This document shows positions 10,627-23,295 of a stretch of DNA of 64,000 nucleotides, in pieces. Each line of letters opens with the position of its first letter. Position 1 is the first letter of the stretch. This DNA is from Candidatus Uhrbacteria bacterium (GTDB lineage: Bacteria; Patescibacteriota; Patescibacteriia; UBA9934; GWF2-40-263). Location: assembly GCA_014239775.1 (NCBI GenBank), contig JAAZYG010000039.1:6134-70133 (forward strand). Reading direction: 5' to 3'. The notes beneath the pieces were generated by a model. It did no database searches. It was not told the origin of the DNA and worked only from the letters and a program-made list of their open reading frames with translations. A program made the translations under genes and the position numbers.

Positions 10627-12096
10627 ATGGCACAATTTGAAAAAATACCACCGCAAAATCTTGAAGCTGAGCAGTCTCTGCTCGGATGTCTTTTATTAGA
10701 TCAGGACTGTATTGTTAAAGTTGCAGATAGGCTTCAGTGTGAAGATTTTTACAAAGATGCTCATCAAAAAACATATGAATCTATTTTAGAATTATTTGAA
10801 AAACGTGAGCCAATAGACATCCTATCTCTTGGAAATAAACTTGAAGAAAAGAAAATACTAAAACAAATCGGTGGTCGCGCTTATCTAGTTGAGCTATCGA
10901 ACACAGTTCCAACTTCAGCAAATGCTGTTCACTATTCAGAAATTGTTCAAAAAAAAGCAACACTAAGAAGATTGATTCAGGCTGCAGCAAAAATAACCAG
11001 CCTTGGTTATGATCAAGATTCTGACACTGACATTACATTAGATGAAGCTGAACGAGAATTATTTAAAGTGTCTGAAAAATTTAATAAAAATACTTTTGTT
11101 CCTATTAATAGCATTCTTTTTGATGCATTTGACAGAATCGATGAGCTTCATAAAGACCGTGGTAAATTAAGAGGTTTACCGTCAGGTTTTAAGGATATAG
11201 ATTCACTTTTGGCAGGTTTTCAAAAATCTGACCTTATTATTTTGGCAGCTAGGCCATCTGTTGGAAAAACATCATTGGCACTTGACATAGCACGTCTTGT
11301 GGGTGTTAATCACAATGCTCCTGTTGGTTTGTTTTCACTTGAAATGTCAAAAGAACAATTAGTTGATAGAATGATATGTGCTCAATCTGGAGTTGATTTA
11401 TGGAAAATGAGAACTGGACGACTATCTGATCAATCAGATGATTTTAAAAAGATTGGTGATGCGCTAGGTGAACTTTCAGAAGCTCCTATTTTTATAGATG
11501 ATTCTCCTCAGCTAAATATTATGCAACTTAGAACAAAGGCCAGGAGACTAAAGACAGAGCACGGACTTGGATTAATTATAATTGATTATCTTCAGCTAAT
11601 GGAGGGTCGTTCAAATAAATCATCTGACAATAGGGTACAAGAGGTATCCGAAATTTCTCGTGGGTTAAAGCAAATCGCAAAAGAACTAAATGTTCCTGTT
11701 CTGGCATTAGCACAGTTGTCACGTGCGGTTGAATCAATCAAGCCATCCATACCAAGACTGTCTCATTTAAGAGATTCTGGTTCTATTGAACAAGATGCTG
11801 ATGTAGTTATGTTTATATACAGAAAAGCTTCTGATAAAAACTATAGACCTGAGGAACTTGCTGATGAAGAAAAAAGTATAGCGGAAATTCACATTGCCAA
11901 ACACAGAAACGGACCAACTGGACTTGTTAGATTATTCTTTGAAGCAAAACGTGCATCGTTTAGAACTCTTTCGAATAAATTTTCTGTAAAACCAAAATCA
12001 GACGACTCTTTTGCACCACTTGCATCAGCTCAATCAGGACAAAATGCACCACCACCAATTGACTCAAATCCATCGTCTGTTAAACACAATACATAA
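10627..12096 (+). CDS. dnaB: Replicative DNA helicase
   Basis: PPQNLEAEQSLLG, AARPSVGKT, IDYLQL, LRDSGSIEQDADVV, KHRNGPTG. Confidence 0.99.
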   Translation: MAQFEKIPPQNLEAEQSLLGCLLLDQDCIVKVADRLQCEDFYKDAHQKTYESILELFEKREPIDILSLGNKLEEKKILKQIGGRAYLVELSNTVPTSANAVHYSEIVQKKATLRRLIQAAAKITSLGYDQDSDTDITLDEAERELFKVSEKFNKNTFVPINSILFDAFDRIDELHKDRGKLRGLPSGFKDIDSLLAGFQKSDLIILAARPSVGKTSLALDIARLVGVNHNAPVGLFSLEMSKEQLVDRMICAQSGVDLWKMRTGRLSDQSDDFKKIGDALGELSEAPIFIDDSPQLNIMQLRTKARRLKTEHGLGLIIIDYLQLMEGRSNKSSDNRVQEVSEISRGLKQIAKELNVPVLALAQLSRAVESIKPSIPRLSHLRDSGSIEQDADVVMFIYRKASDKNYRPEELADEEKSIAEIHIAKHRNGPTGLVRLFFEAKRASFRTLSNKFSVKPKSDDSFAPLASAQSGQNAPPPIDSNPSSVKHNT

Positions 12097-12135
12097 AATG
12101 TTAAACTAACTTTACCTAAATAATAAAATAATATT

Positions 12136-12444
12136 ATGTTAAATAAATATAAAAAATTTAAAGAATTAAAGAAGCAAGCTAAGACTATGGAGACAGAACT
12201 TGCAACTGTTATTTCTGAAGGAAGTGCTGCATGGAACAAAGTAAAAATCACAATAAATGGAAACCGCGACTTAATAGATGTAAAAATTGATGAATCAATG
12301 ATGTCACCTGATAACAAAGACGCCTTACAGTCAGCAATAAAAGATGCATTTAAGGATGCTACTGGTACAAAATTTCAAATGAAACTTGCAAAAAAGATGC
12401 AAGAAATGGGTGGTCTTGATGCACTCAAAAATCTTGGTGGTTAA
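12136..12444 (+). CDS. ybaB: YbaB/EbfC nucleoid-associated protein
   Basis: KVKITING...VKID pattern; directly upstream of recR (conserved synteny). Confidence 0.88.
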   Translation: MLNKYKKFKELKKQAKTMETELATVISEGSAAWNKVKITINGNRDLIDVKIDESMMSPDNKDALQSAIKDAFKDATGTKFQMKLAKKMQEMGGLDALKNLGG

Positions 12445-12449
12445 TTGTT

Positions 12450-13052
12450 ATGCGCAGATTTCCAGAACCAATTTCTAATTTAGTTGCTGCATTTTCTGCA
12501 CTTCCTGGTGTTGGACCGAAAACTGCTTTACGATACGTATACTATTTATTAAAACAACCAAAAAGTGATTTGCACACAATGGCAAACTCATTAAGAATAT
12601 TGTGTGAAAAAATTAACACTTGCGATCAATGTTATACATATACTGAAGATGATCGTTGTCCAATATGTATAGATTCTCAGAGAAATGATTCTATACTCTG
12701 TGTTGTTGAGGAGTCACGCGACATATCCACAATTGAGGCAACTGGTAAATACACTGGAAAATATTTAGTGCTTGGTGGAACACTAAATCCCATTGAAGGA
12801 ATGACTCCAGATGTAATCAGAATAAAAGAATTATACAATAAACTAGAACAAGAAAATGACATTACAGAAGTTATACTTGCACTATCACCAACTGTGTATG
12901 GTGAAACAACAATTCTCTATATATCAAAATATCTAAAAGATAGACAAATGAAGGTAAGTAGACTTGCAAGAGGACTTCCCGTTGGTGCAACAATAGAGTT
13001 TGCAGATGAAGTCACATTAGGAGATGCACTTAGTAGTAGAAAACAAATCTAA
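12450..13052 (+). CDS. recR: Recombination mediator RecR
   Basis: LPGVGPKTA HhH, CxxC..CxxC zinc finger, Toprim CVVE, RLARGLPVG. Confidence 0.98.
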   Translation: MRRFPEPISNLVAAFSALPGVGPKTALRYVYYLLKQPKSDLHTMANSLRILCEKINTCDQCYTYTEDDRCPICIDSQRNDSILCVVEESRDISTIEATGKYTGKYLVLGGTLNPIEGMTPDVIRIKELYNKLEQENDITEVILALSPTVYGETTILYISKYLKDRQMKVSRLARGLPVGATIEFADEVTLGDALSSRKQI

Positions 13053-13067
13053 TAAAAAAACACCGTT

Positions 13068-13388
13068 TTATACGGTGATTTTATTGATTTGAATTTTTGT
13101 AAATGGTTGTCTGTGCCCAACGTTTCTTCTGTATCTTGATTTTGATTTATACTTGATTACTGAAACCTTCTTTGCACGACCATGTTCTGTGATTACGGCA
13201 CTGATTTTTGCACCGTCAATAATTGGTGTGCCGATTTTTACATCACTTCCTTCTTCATCTGAAATAAGCATTGCATCAAATTCTAATTTTGACCCAACTT
13301 CAGACTCAATTTTTTCTACTGTAAGAACTTTTCCTTCACTTACAATATATTGTTTGCCTCCTGTTTTAATTACTGCAATTGTTTTCAT
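13068..13388 (-). CDS. rplU: 50S ribosomal protein L21
   Basis: AVIKTGGKQY, GHRQPFT. Confidence 0.98.
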   Translation of the reverse strand: MKTIAVIKTGGKQYIVSEGKVLTVEKIESEVGSKLEFDAMLISDEEGSDVKIGTPIIDGAKISAVITEHGRAKKVSVIKYKSKSRYRRNVGHRQPFTKIQINKITV

Positions 13389-13473
13389 ACTTTTATACTG
13401 CGGCTCCGTTTTAATAAAGAATTACTTTACTATAGTGTGCCTGCGAATAAATGATTAATATAACGGCAAAATC

Positions 13474-13923
13474 TTACTGTTTTTTGCCCACAATGTCAAG
13501 CATATCTCCTACTTTTAAATTATTCTTCTTAATAAATCCAGCATTAACCTCTAAAACACTATTTACTGGATATTGAGGTGAATATGAGTTGTCAGGATAG
13601 CTCTCAGGTACTAATTCTGATGAAAGATCAACTATTTTATTATCACTTATCCAAATTATATCTATTGACATAAGCATATCCTTCATCCAAAAGTTAGGAA
13701 TTAACTTCGTGTTAAAAATAAACAACATGCCCTCATTTACACCAAGAGTTGTCCTGCCTGATAAACCTTTTTTCTGCTCATCTATGCTTTCTGCAACTTG
13801 AATAATTACGACCTTTCCATTTGGTAATATTACTTTTGATCCATCATGTTTATTATGCAACAAAAAAACTACCGCCAATATTATGATGATTGCTGCAATT
13901 ATTGTGTACTTAACAGTTTTCAT
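13474..13923 (-). CDS. DUF192 domain protein with N-terminal anchor
   Basis: KGLSGR, GMLFIF, FWMKDM, VLEVNAG. Confidence 0.9.
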   Translation of the reverse strand: MKTVKYTIIAAIIIILAVVFLLHNKHDGSKVILPNGKVVIIQVAESIDEQKKGLSGRTTLGVNEGMLFIFNTKLIPNFWMKDMLMSIDIIWISDNKIVDLSSELVPESYPDNSYSPQYPVNSVLEVNAGFIKKNNLKVGDMLDIVGKKQ

Positions 13924-14956
13924 GTTTTCTTTCTTTTGCTACTAAACTTGATGCTGCTAGTAACATTATAAGGGAAAGCAGTATCAACGCCAGTGCTTTA
14001 TCTCTACTTTGTAAAAACAGCGCACTGGCACCAAACATAGTTGCTATCAAAACATATATCAAAACAATTTGTCTCTGTCCCCAACCAATATCAAAAAATC
14101 TGTGATGTAGATGTTTCCTGTCAGCTTTTATAATTTGTTTTATTCCACCCTTCTTAAATCTACGAATCATGATCCAAACAACATCTAATAAAGGTATTCC
14201 TAGTACAAGTAGAGCTGTTGCCAATTTACCACCTGAAATAACTGCCAATGTTCCCAATAAAAATCCAACCAATGTACTGCCTCCTTCACCCAAAAATATA
14301 CTTGCTGGATGAAAATTCCAAAATAAAAAACCCAAAAATGCACCCAACACAATTACACCAAGTAATGCTACATCGCTTTGATAATAAGCCACAGTTAAAG
14401 AAAGTAGAGTGATCATTAGCACACCAACCGATGACACTGATGTCGCAAGGCCATCAAGTCCATCCAAGAATTTTGTTGTATACATAACAATCATCAACCA
14501 AATAAAAACTATTAAATCTGACTGCCACCATTCTAAAATTATTATTCCACCAAATGGATTAGATAGTTTGTCTATCTCAACTCCAAAAAGTATAACTATT
14601 ATCGTGGCTAAAAGTGGTGAGATTATTGAATGCATTGCCTTAATCTCAAACCTGTCATCTATATAACCACCGATCATCAACAAAAGACCACCTAACATAA
14701 TACCTATGTAGTGTCTGTGTGTAATCATCCCTTCTGTTAGAATCGATGTATTTGTAAGAGCTAATATTAACACTAAACTAAATGCTATATATATTGCCAA
14801 TCCCCCTAATCGTGCCGTTGTACACGTGTGTATGTTTCTTGATTTTGATGGCTTATCTACTGCACCACACTTAATTGCAAAACGTTTAACAAAAACCGTA
14901 CAAATAAAAGAAACCAAAAAAGCCATCATCCCCCATAGTATCAGTGTTTGAATCAT
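13910..14956 (-). CDS. Undecaprenyl-phosphate sugar-1-phosphate transferase (WecA/TagO, MraY superfamily)
   Basis: GYIDDR, FLDGLDGL, NFHPASIFLGEGGS, DRKHLHH. Confidence 0.9.
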   Translation of the reverse strand: MIQTLILWGMMAFLVSFICTVFVKRFAIKCGAVDKPSKSRNIHTCTTARLGGLAIYIAFSLVLILALTNTSILTEGMITHRHYIGIMLGGLLLMIGGYIDDRFEIKAMHSIISPLLATIIVILFGVEIDKLSNPFGGIIILEWWQSDLIVFIWLMIVMYTTKFLDGLDGLATSVSSVGVLMITLLSLTVAYYQSDVALLGVIVLGAFLGFLFWNFHPASIFLGEGGSTLVGFLLGTLAVISGGKLATALLVLGIPLLDVVWIMIRRFKKGGIKQIIKADRKHLHHRFFDIGWGQRQIVLIYVLIATMFGASALFLQSRDKALALILLSLIMLLAASSLVAKERKHENC

Positions 14957-17583
14957 ATTTCTGTTGCTCTTTCTATCCTTGTTCCGTTAATATCAATAAT
15001 TATTTTATCTCGTCTCTTTACATCTTCCTCAAGTAAAACCTTTGCCAATGAATTATCTACCTTTTCCTGTATTACACGTCTTAGTGGACGTGCACCAAAC
15101 TTTGGATCATAACCTTCCTTAGCAAGACTTTGAATCATTTCCTCAGAAATATCAAACTCAATCCCTTTATCTAATAATCTTTGTTTTACTTGCTCTATCA
15201 TAAGACCTGTAATCTTAACAACATCTTCTTGACTCAATGGTTTAAACACAATCACTCCGTCAAAACGATTAAGCATTTCTGGACTATATATTGTCTTTAA
15301 TTTTTCTTCTATTAAAGTTGTTCTTATTAATGAAATATCCTCATTCCTTTTAACAGCCTCCTGTATATACTCTGATCCTGCATTTGATGTTGCAACTAAT
15401 ATTGTGTTCGTAAAATCAATAATACGACCACTATTATCAGTCAACCTTCCGTCATCAAACACCTGCAAGAATAAGTTCATTATTTGAGGTGACGCTTTTT
15501 CAAACTCATCTAACAAAACAATTGTGAACGGATTTTGACGCACTGCCTCTGTTAACAAACCACCCTCTGTGGACCCCATCATTCCAATCAGTCTTTGTAT
15601 ACTTGAGACCTCCTGAAATTCTGACATATCCAATCTAACCATTGCATCGTCGTCACCAAAATAAACTGATGCTATTGTTTTTGTAAGCTCTGTCTTACCA
15701 ACACCTGTTGGGCCCATAAATAAAAACGTTGCGATTGGTCTGTTCTTAGATTGCAGATTGGTCCTTGCACGCCTCAAAGCAGATGCAACAGCGCTAACAG
15801 CTTCAGACTGCCCAATTACACGCTCATGCATCTTATCCTCTAGGTTTAGCAACTTATACTTCTCTTCCTCCTTAAGACTTGTTAGAGGAATATTTGTTTT
15901 TTCAGATATAATTTGTGCAACATCTTGATCTGTTATTAGCGAAGACTCGCCTTTTGTATTTTTTACAAACTGTGCAGCTTCTCTTGCTACATCAATTGCT
16001 TTTTTAGGTAAGTAGTCCTCATGCATATACCTATCAGTAAGACTCACGGCACTTTCAACTGCCTTGTATGAAAAAGTTACACCTTGTTCATACTCTATTC
16101 CACCAATTTTTGATTCCAAAATATGTATTGATAAATTAGTTTCTGGCTCTTGTATATCCACCTTTTGAAAAATGCGTGACAGCACTGACCTTTCTACTTG
16201 ATTAGCATAAGCTCTTGGATTGGTTGTAGCAATTGCAAATGTTCCACTTCTTGAAAGAAAATCTACAAAGCTTGTCGCTAAGTTTACTGTCCCGTCAGAC
16301 ATTCCAGCCATCTGTTCTATGTCTGTTACTGCAAGAATTATATTTCCAGATTTTGCAACCTCATTTAATGCACGTAAAAGCCTTTCTTGAGCCATTGAAG
16401 GATCCACACCTGATAAAAGGTGTGGTACAGATAATCGTACCAACCTCTTATCCTTTAAGACCTCCGGTACATTTTCTTCAACCATCAACTGAGCAATACC
16501 GTGTAAAATTGTTTTCTTTCCAACACCGTCTGAACCAACCAATACAGCACTTTGTCTTCCACCCTCAATTATCCTAAAGATCTGTTTCACCTCTTTCTCA
16601 CGCCCAACCATAAGAGGTAACCTACCATTTACACCCATTGTTGTAAGATCTTCTGAAAACGCATCTAACAAAGGAGTTGCAACTGATGTCATTGATCTGT
16701 TCATTGGACCCGTTGGTTTGAAGGCTGCAGCCTTTCTAAAATCTGTATACCTTTCACGCATTTTTTCGTGTATACGAACCCATTCAATCATATTTGCAAA
16801 TTGGTCCTTTGTTATTCCCTGATCAAAAAACAGCTCTTGAATAAATTCATCTGATTTAAATGCTTCATAAAAAAACTCAAGCGCATTTATCACACCTCGC
16901 TTTTGCTTATACGCGTTAATAAATGACCTAAGTAATATGCTTTTTGACTCTTCGGATAATTGTGTTTCAGGGCCTATTTGCCTACTAGACAATCTGCGTC
17001 CTATTGGGTCCTTAATTGCATCAATAGAAATACTAAGTCTTGATAAAACAGCACCTATATTACTATCATCAAAAGTTCCAATAAATATATGTATAGGTTC
17101 TATTTCTTGATGACCAAATTTTTTTGCTAATTCAAAAGCCGCATCTAATGCACCCGTTGAATTCTCATCAAAAAAATCAACTATATTTATAGCATCTTTA
17201 GTTGTTTGCAACTCTTCAATAGACGGATTAGAAAAATCCTCTGAATAACCAGGTATCCTCTTTTTTTTCTTTGCTTCTTTGTATTTATGTTGAAAAATAA
17301 ATGCACCAAATAATAGTGATATGGAAAAACACAACACACCAAACGATGGTGCTAACCAAAATTTTAAGGTAGCAACACCCACCAAATCTTCTTTTAAAAC
17401 AACAAATACAATTGATGTTATAAAAAACATTATTGATAATAAATAACCTGATCCAATCATTATTCTGGATGCTTGTTTTTTGTCATTTCTTTTTGCAATT
17501 GATTCCTCACTTATTTGAGGATTGATTACATATATTTTTGACTCTATCGAAACTGCTTTTTGCATATTAAAAAATAAAGCCAA
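14953..17583 (-). CDS. Membrane-anchored ClpA/B/C-family AAA+ ATPase
   Basis: Two N-terminal TM segments, Clp-N-like region, degenerate AAA1 (GVGKK), intact AAA2 (GPTGVGKT, LLDEFEK), FGARPLRRVIQ. Confidence 0.9.
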   Translation of the reverse strand: MALFFNMQKAVSIESKIYVINPQISEESIAKRNDKKQASRIMIGSGYLLSIMFFITSIVFVVLKEDLVGVATLKFWLAPSFGVLCFSISLLFGAFIFQHKYKEAKKKKRIPGYSEDFSNPSIEELQTTKDAINIVDFFDENSTGALDAAFELAKKFGHQEIEPIHIFIGTFDDSNIGAVLSRLSISIDAIKDPIGRRLSSRQIGPETQLSEESKSILLRSFINAYKQKRGVINALEFFYEAFKSDEFIQELFFDQGITKDQFANMIEWVRIHEKMRERYTDFRKAAAFKPTGPMNRSMTSVATPLLDAFSEDLTTMGVNGRLPLMVGREKEVKQIFRIIEGGRQSAVLVGSDGVGKKTILHGIAQLMVEENVPEVLKDKRLVRLSVPHLLSGVDPSMAQERLLRALNEVAKSGNIILAVTDIEQMAGMSDGTVNLATSFVDFLSRSGTFAIATTNPRAYANQVERSVLSRIFQKVDIQEPETNLSIHILESKIGGIEYEQGVTFSYKAVESAVSLTDRYMHEDYLPKKAIDVAREAAQFVKNTKGESSLITDQDVAQIISEKTNIPLTSLKEEEKYKLLNLEDKMHERVIGQSEAVSAVASALRRARTNLQSKNRPIATFLFMGPTGVGKTELTKTIASVYFGDDDAMVRLDMSEFQEVSSIQRLIGMMGSTEGGLLTEAVRQNPFTIVLLDEFEKASPQIMNLFLQVFDDGRLTDNSGRIIDFTNTILVATSNAGSEYIQEAVKRNEDISLIRTTLIEEKLKTIYSPEMLNRFDGVIVFKPLSQEDVVKITGLMIEQVKQRLLDKGIEFDISEEMIQSLAKEGYDPKFGARPLRRVIQEKVDNSLAKVLLEEDVKRRDKIIIDINGTRIERATEI

Positions 17584-17944
17584 ACGTATTATTTAGCAAC
17601 AAGAAAGCTACTATTGGCAAGAATATTAAATAAATAAAAAAAGCTACTACTATTAGTAGTGACAATAATATAACCCCCATACTCTGAACAAGTATCATGA
17701 ACAATCTAACAAAAAAACTAATAATTTTTCCGCTTATTGTTGTCTCACCATACATTGGCACAAATAAGTTTTTAATCCATATTCGTAGACCAAAAAAATC
17801 TACCATGTTAGAAATTGAATTCTTTGTCATTGATAAAGCTAATACCAGTCCACTTGTATACCACCAAATAGGCATCATCAATAATTCCTTTCCTGATTGA
17901 ATTAATGCTGTGGATAATATATGTACAGAAATCTTCTTTGTCAT
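17567..17944 (-). CDS. Small membrane protein overlapping the Clp ATPase gene
   Basis: MPIWWYT...KNLFVPMYG...hydrophobic C-terminus; 17-nt overlap with the Clp gene. Confidence 0.8.
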   Translation of the reverse strand: MTKKISVHILSTALIQSGKELLMMPIWWYTSGLVLALSMTKNSISNMVDFFGLRIWIKNLFVPMYGETTISGKIISFFVRLFMILVQSMGVILLSLLIVVAFFIYLIFLPIVAFLLLNNTFGFIF

Positions 17945-17983
17945 ATAAATACATTATACAACATCAAAGCATTTGAATGAATT

Positions 17984-20147
<2,164 letters not shown>

Positions 20148-22055
20148 TTATTCGTCTTTCTTTTCTTTGAAATCTGCATCTATTGGCTCGTCTTCAGACG
20201 TTTCTTTTGCATCTGCACCATCAGTATTTTTTTCATTCTCTTGATTCTCTTTCTTTTCTGCCTCGTACATCTTTGCACCAACTTTTTGCGCTGAATCAGA
20301 AAGCTCATCAGCAGCTTTTTTTATAGCTTCATGATCATCACCGTCCTTAACAGCTTTTAATGCCTCTATTTTATCTTCTACACCTTTTCTTTCTTCTTCA
20401 GTTATTTTATCACCTGCATCTTTTAGCATCTTTTCAGATGTGTATATCATTGTATCTGCCAAATTTTTATGCTCTGCTTGTTCTTTCTTTTGTTTATCCT
20501 CAGCCGCATGTTCCTCAGCATCTTTTTTCATTTTTTCCACCTCTTCCTCTGAAAGACCTGTTGAACCTTGAATTGTTATTTTTTGAGTTGTACCTGACGC
20601 CTTGTCTGTAGCAGAAACATTGAATAAACCATTTGCATCAATATCAAATTTAACTTCTATTTGTGGAATACCACGTTGTGCTGGAGGAATGCCTGATAAT
20701 ATAAATCGTCCTAATGTTTTATTTCCTTCTGAAATCTCACGTTCACCTTGAAGTACATGAATTTCAACAGTTGTTTGATTATCGGCAGCAGTTGAAAATA
20801 TTTGAGATTTGCTTGCTGGTATTGTTGTATTTTTTTCAATTAATTTTGTCATTACACCACCTAATGTTTCAATACCTAATGACAAAGGAGTGACATCTAA
20901 CAATAATACATCTTTTACATCTCCTTGAAACACACCAGCCTGAACTGCAGCACCCATTGCCACAACCTCATCTGGATTCATGCTTACATTTGGTTTCTTA
21001 CCAAAAAATTCTTCAACAGACTTTTGAACTAACGGCATTCGTGTCATTCCACCAACCATTATAATCTCCTCAATATCACCTTTTTCAAAACCAGCATCTT
21101 TTAATGCAGCCTTAAGTGGAATTAAAGTTTTTTGCACTAAGTCATAACACAGCTCCTCAAGTTTTGAACGTGTAAGAGAAAGCACTAAATGCTTAGGACC
21201 GTTTGCGTCCGATGTTATAAACGGTTGATTAATCTCTGTTTGCTGTGCAGTAGACAGCTCTACTTTTGCCTTTTCTGCAGCATCTTTTACTCTTTGTAAA
21301 GTAAGTGGGTCACCGGCAAGATTAATACCTTCTTGCTTTTTAAATTCATCTAAAATCCAATCAATAATCACCCTATCAAAATCATCTCCACCCAAATGAG
21401 TGTCTCCGTTTGTAGAACGAACTTCTACTGTATCTTCAGACACCTCAAGAACTGAAACATCAAATGTTCCACCACCTAAATCATACACCACGATCTGCTG
21501 ACCTGCTTTTTTATCAAAACCATATGCCAAAGCAGCAGCTGTAGGTTCATTAATTACACGACGCACTTTTAGACCTGCAATTTCTCCAGCTGTTTTTGTT
21601 GCTGCACGCTGCGCGTCATCAAAATATGCAGGTACAGTAATAACAGCTTCTTCAATAGTTTCACCTAGTCTTTCTTCTGCATCAGCCTTTAGTTTTTGTA
21701 GTATCATTGCAGATACTTCTTCTGGTGTATGTTCTTTACCAGCCATTTTTACAGCAACACCATTACCTTTTTGAACAATCTCGTACGGCATTATCTTCTT
21801 GTCATTTATAATTTCCTTATCATCCCAACGTCGTCCAATAAGACGCTTGATTGAAAATAATGTATCTGTTGGATTTGTCACAGCTTGACGTTTTGCAGGA
21901 AGACCAACAAGACGTTCTCCATTTTTATTTACAGCAACCACTGATGGTGTTGTACGTACTCCTTCTTTATTTTCTAAAACCTTTGGTTGACCACCCTCAA
22001 TTACTGACATACATGAATTGGTTGTACCTAGGTCGATTCCTAATATCTTTGACAT
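20148..22055 (-). CDS. dnaK: Chaperone DnaK
   Basis: [25 protein letters not shown]. Confidence 0.99.
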   Translation of the reverse strand: MSKILGIDLGTTNSCMSVIEGGQPKVLENKEGVRTTPSVVAVNKNGERLVGLPAKRQAVTNPTDTLFSIKRLIGRRWDDKEIINDKKIMPYEIVQKGNGVAVKMAGKEHTPEEVSAMILQKLKADAEERLGETIEEAVITVPAYFDDAQRAATKTAGEIAGLKVRRVINEPTAAALAYGFDKKAGQQIVVYDLGGGTFDVSVLEVSEDTVEVRSTNGDTHLGGDDFDRVIIDWILDEFKKQEGINLAGDPLTLQRVKDAAEKAKVELSTAQQTEINQPFITSDANGPKHLVLSLTRSKLEELCYDLVQKTLIPLKAALKDAGFEKGDIEEIIMVGGMTRMPLVQKSVEEFFGKKPNVSMNPDEVVAMGAAVQAGVFQGDVKDVLLLDVTPLSLGIETLGGVMTKLIEKNTTIPASKSQIFSTAADNQTTVEIHVLQGEREISEGNKTLGRFILSGIPPAQRGIPQIEVKFDIDANGLFNVSATDKASGTTQKITIQGSTGLSEEEVEKMKKDAEEHAAEDKQKKEQAEHKNLADTMIYTSEKMLKDAGDKITEEERKGVEDKIEALKAVKDGDDHEAIKKAADELSDSAQKVGAKMYEAEKKENQENEKNTDGADAKETSEDEPIDADFKEKKDE

Positions 22056-22060
22056 AATTT

Positions 22061-22537
22061 TTATTTTTGTATTTTCTTATTATTTATTATGACCTTTGCT
22101 GGTCTTATTATTTTTTCATTTATTTTCCACCCAATTTGTTTTACCTCAAGTATCTTTCCATCATCAGAAGACTCATCAACTGACTCACCAACAGCCTCAT
22201 GAAGATTCTCATCAAATTCTTGATCTTGTAATCCAAATGATTCTACACCCATGTCTGATAACATATTTTCCAATTGTGTCTTAATGTGCTCGACACCCTG
22301 TAACCACATCTCTATATTTTTATCTACTTTCTCTGGCTTATACTTTATTGCTTGATCGAAGTTATCTATAATTGGAATAAGTTCATGGACTGTACCCTCT
22401 TTAATATTTACTCTCATCACCTCCTTCTCTCTAAGCAAATCTTTTTTTAAATTATCATAATCTGCAAGAGCCCTCTTCCATCCGTTCAAGCTTTCAATGC
22501 ATTTTTCACATTCTGTTTTTTTATTTTCTTCAGTCAT
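22061..22537 (-). CDS. grpE: Nucleotide exchange factor GrpE
   Basis: [24 protein letters not shown]; operon position. Confidence 0.96.
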   Translation of the reverse strand: MTEENKKTECEKCIESLNGWKRALADYDNLKKDLLREKEVMRVNIKEGTVHELIPIIDNFDQAIKYKPEKVDKNIEMWLQGVEHIKTQLENMLSDMGVESFGLQDQEFDENLHEAVGESVDESSDDGKILEVKQIGWKINEKIIRPAKVIINNKKIQK

Positions 22538-23234
22538 ACATTTTATTAATAATATCTTTTGCTGAATCTACAAGTGCGAGATTTTTTACATAATCCATTC
22601 GTAGTGGACCAACAATTCCAAGTAATCCTTTTTGGTTGTTCTTATATTTACACTGCACAACTATTGTTGCCATTTGTTCTCCGAACGGATTTGATGAACC
22701 TATGTATACTGTAGGAGTGTCTGTTGCGAGTTCGAACAACTGTTCGGTCATATCATCAAATCTACCAACAACATCTGACAATTCTCTTACAAGTTCTAAA
22801 TTATAAAAATCTGGCTTATGAAATAAATTTGAAACGCCAGCATAATAACTCCAATATGGATTGAAGGCAACAACGGCCGTCTCACCAGACATCTCTACCA
22901 TTTTTTTTGCAAGAGTCTTTAAAGTTAATCTAAAATCATCTGATTGTTTTATATGACTTTTTATTGAAGCATTTCTTGTAGGACTTTTATCTTTTTCTGT
23001 AATATTTTTTAAATAATACAGATACCCTTTTTCTGTTGGTATACGCCCAGCAGATGTGTGAGGCTGCCTAATATATCCACCTCTTTCAAGTATAGACATT
23101 TCATTTCTTACTGTTGCAGCAGAAACACTTAAATTAAATTTTTCAACTAAATACTTAGAACCCACAGTTTCTGCAGTTTTTATATAATCCTCTACAATGA
23201 GGCGTAGTATTAATTCTGTTCTTTGTTGCAACAT
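22530..23234 (-). CDS. hrcA: Heat-inducible repressor HrcA (short form)
   Basis: VGSKYL, SAATVRNEM, QPHTSAGRIPT, GIVGPLRMDY; CIRCE upstream. Confidence 0.95.
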   Translation of the reverse strand: MLQQRTELILRLIVEDYIKTAETVGSKYLVEKFNLSVSAATVRNEMSILERGGYIRQPHTSAGRIPTEKGYLYYLKNITEKDKSPTRNASIKSHIKQSDDFRLTLKTLAKKMVEMSGETAVVAFNPYWSYYAGVSNLFHKPDFYNLELVRELSDVVGRFDDMTEQLFELATDTPTVYIGSSNPFGEQMATIVVQCKYKNNQKGLLGIVGPLRMDYVKNLALVDSAKDIINKMYD

Positions 23235-23236
23235 AA

Positions 23237-23276
23237 TTAGCACTCCATATTATAGAGTGCTAATTTGTATTGTCAA
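23237..23276 (-). promoter_or_regulatory. CIRCE operator overlapping a sigma70 promoter
   Basis: TTAGCACTC-N9-GAGTGCTAA at 23237-23263; TTGACA (23271-23276) N16 TATAAT (23249-23254) on - strand. Confidence 0.96.
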
Positions 23277-23295
23277 GACTAAATTGTTTTTTTGC

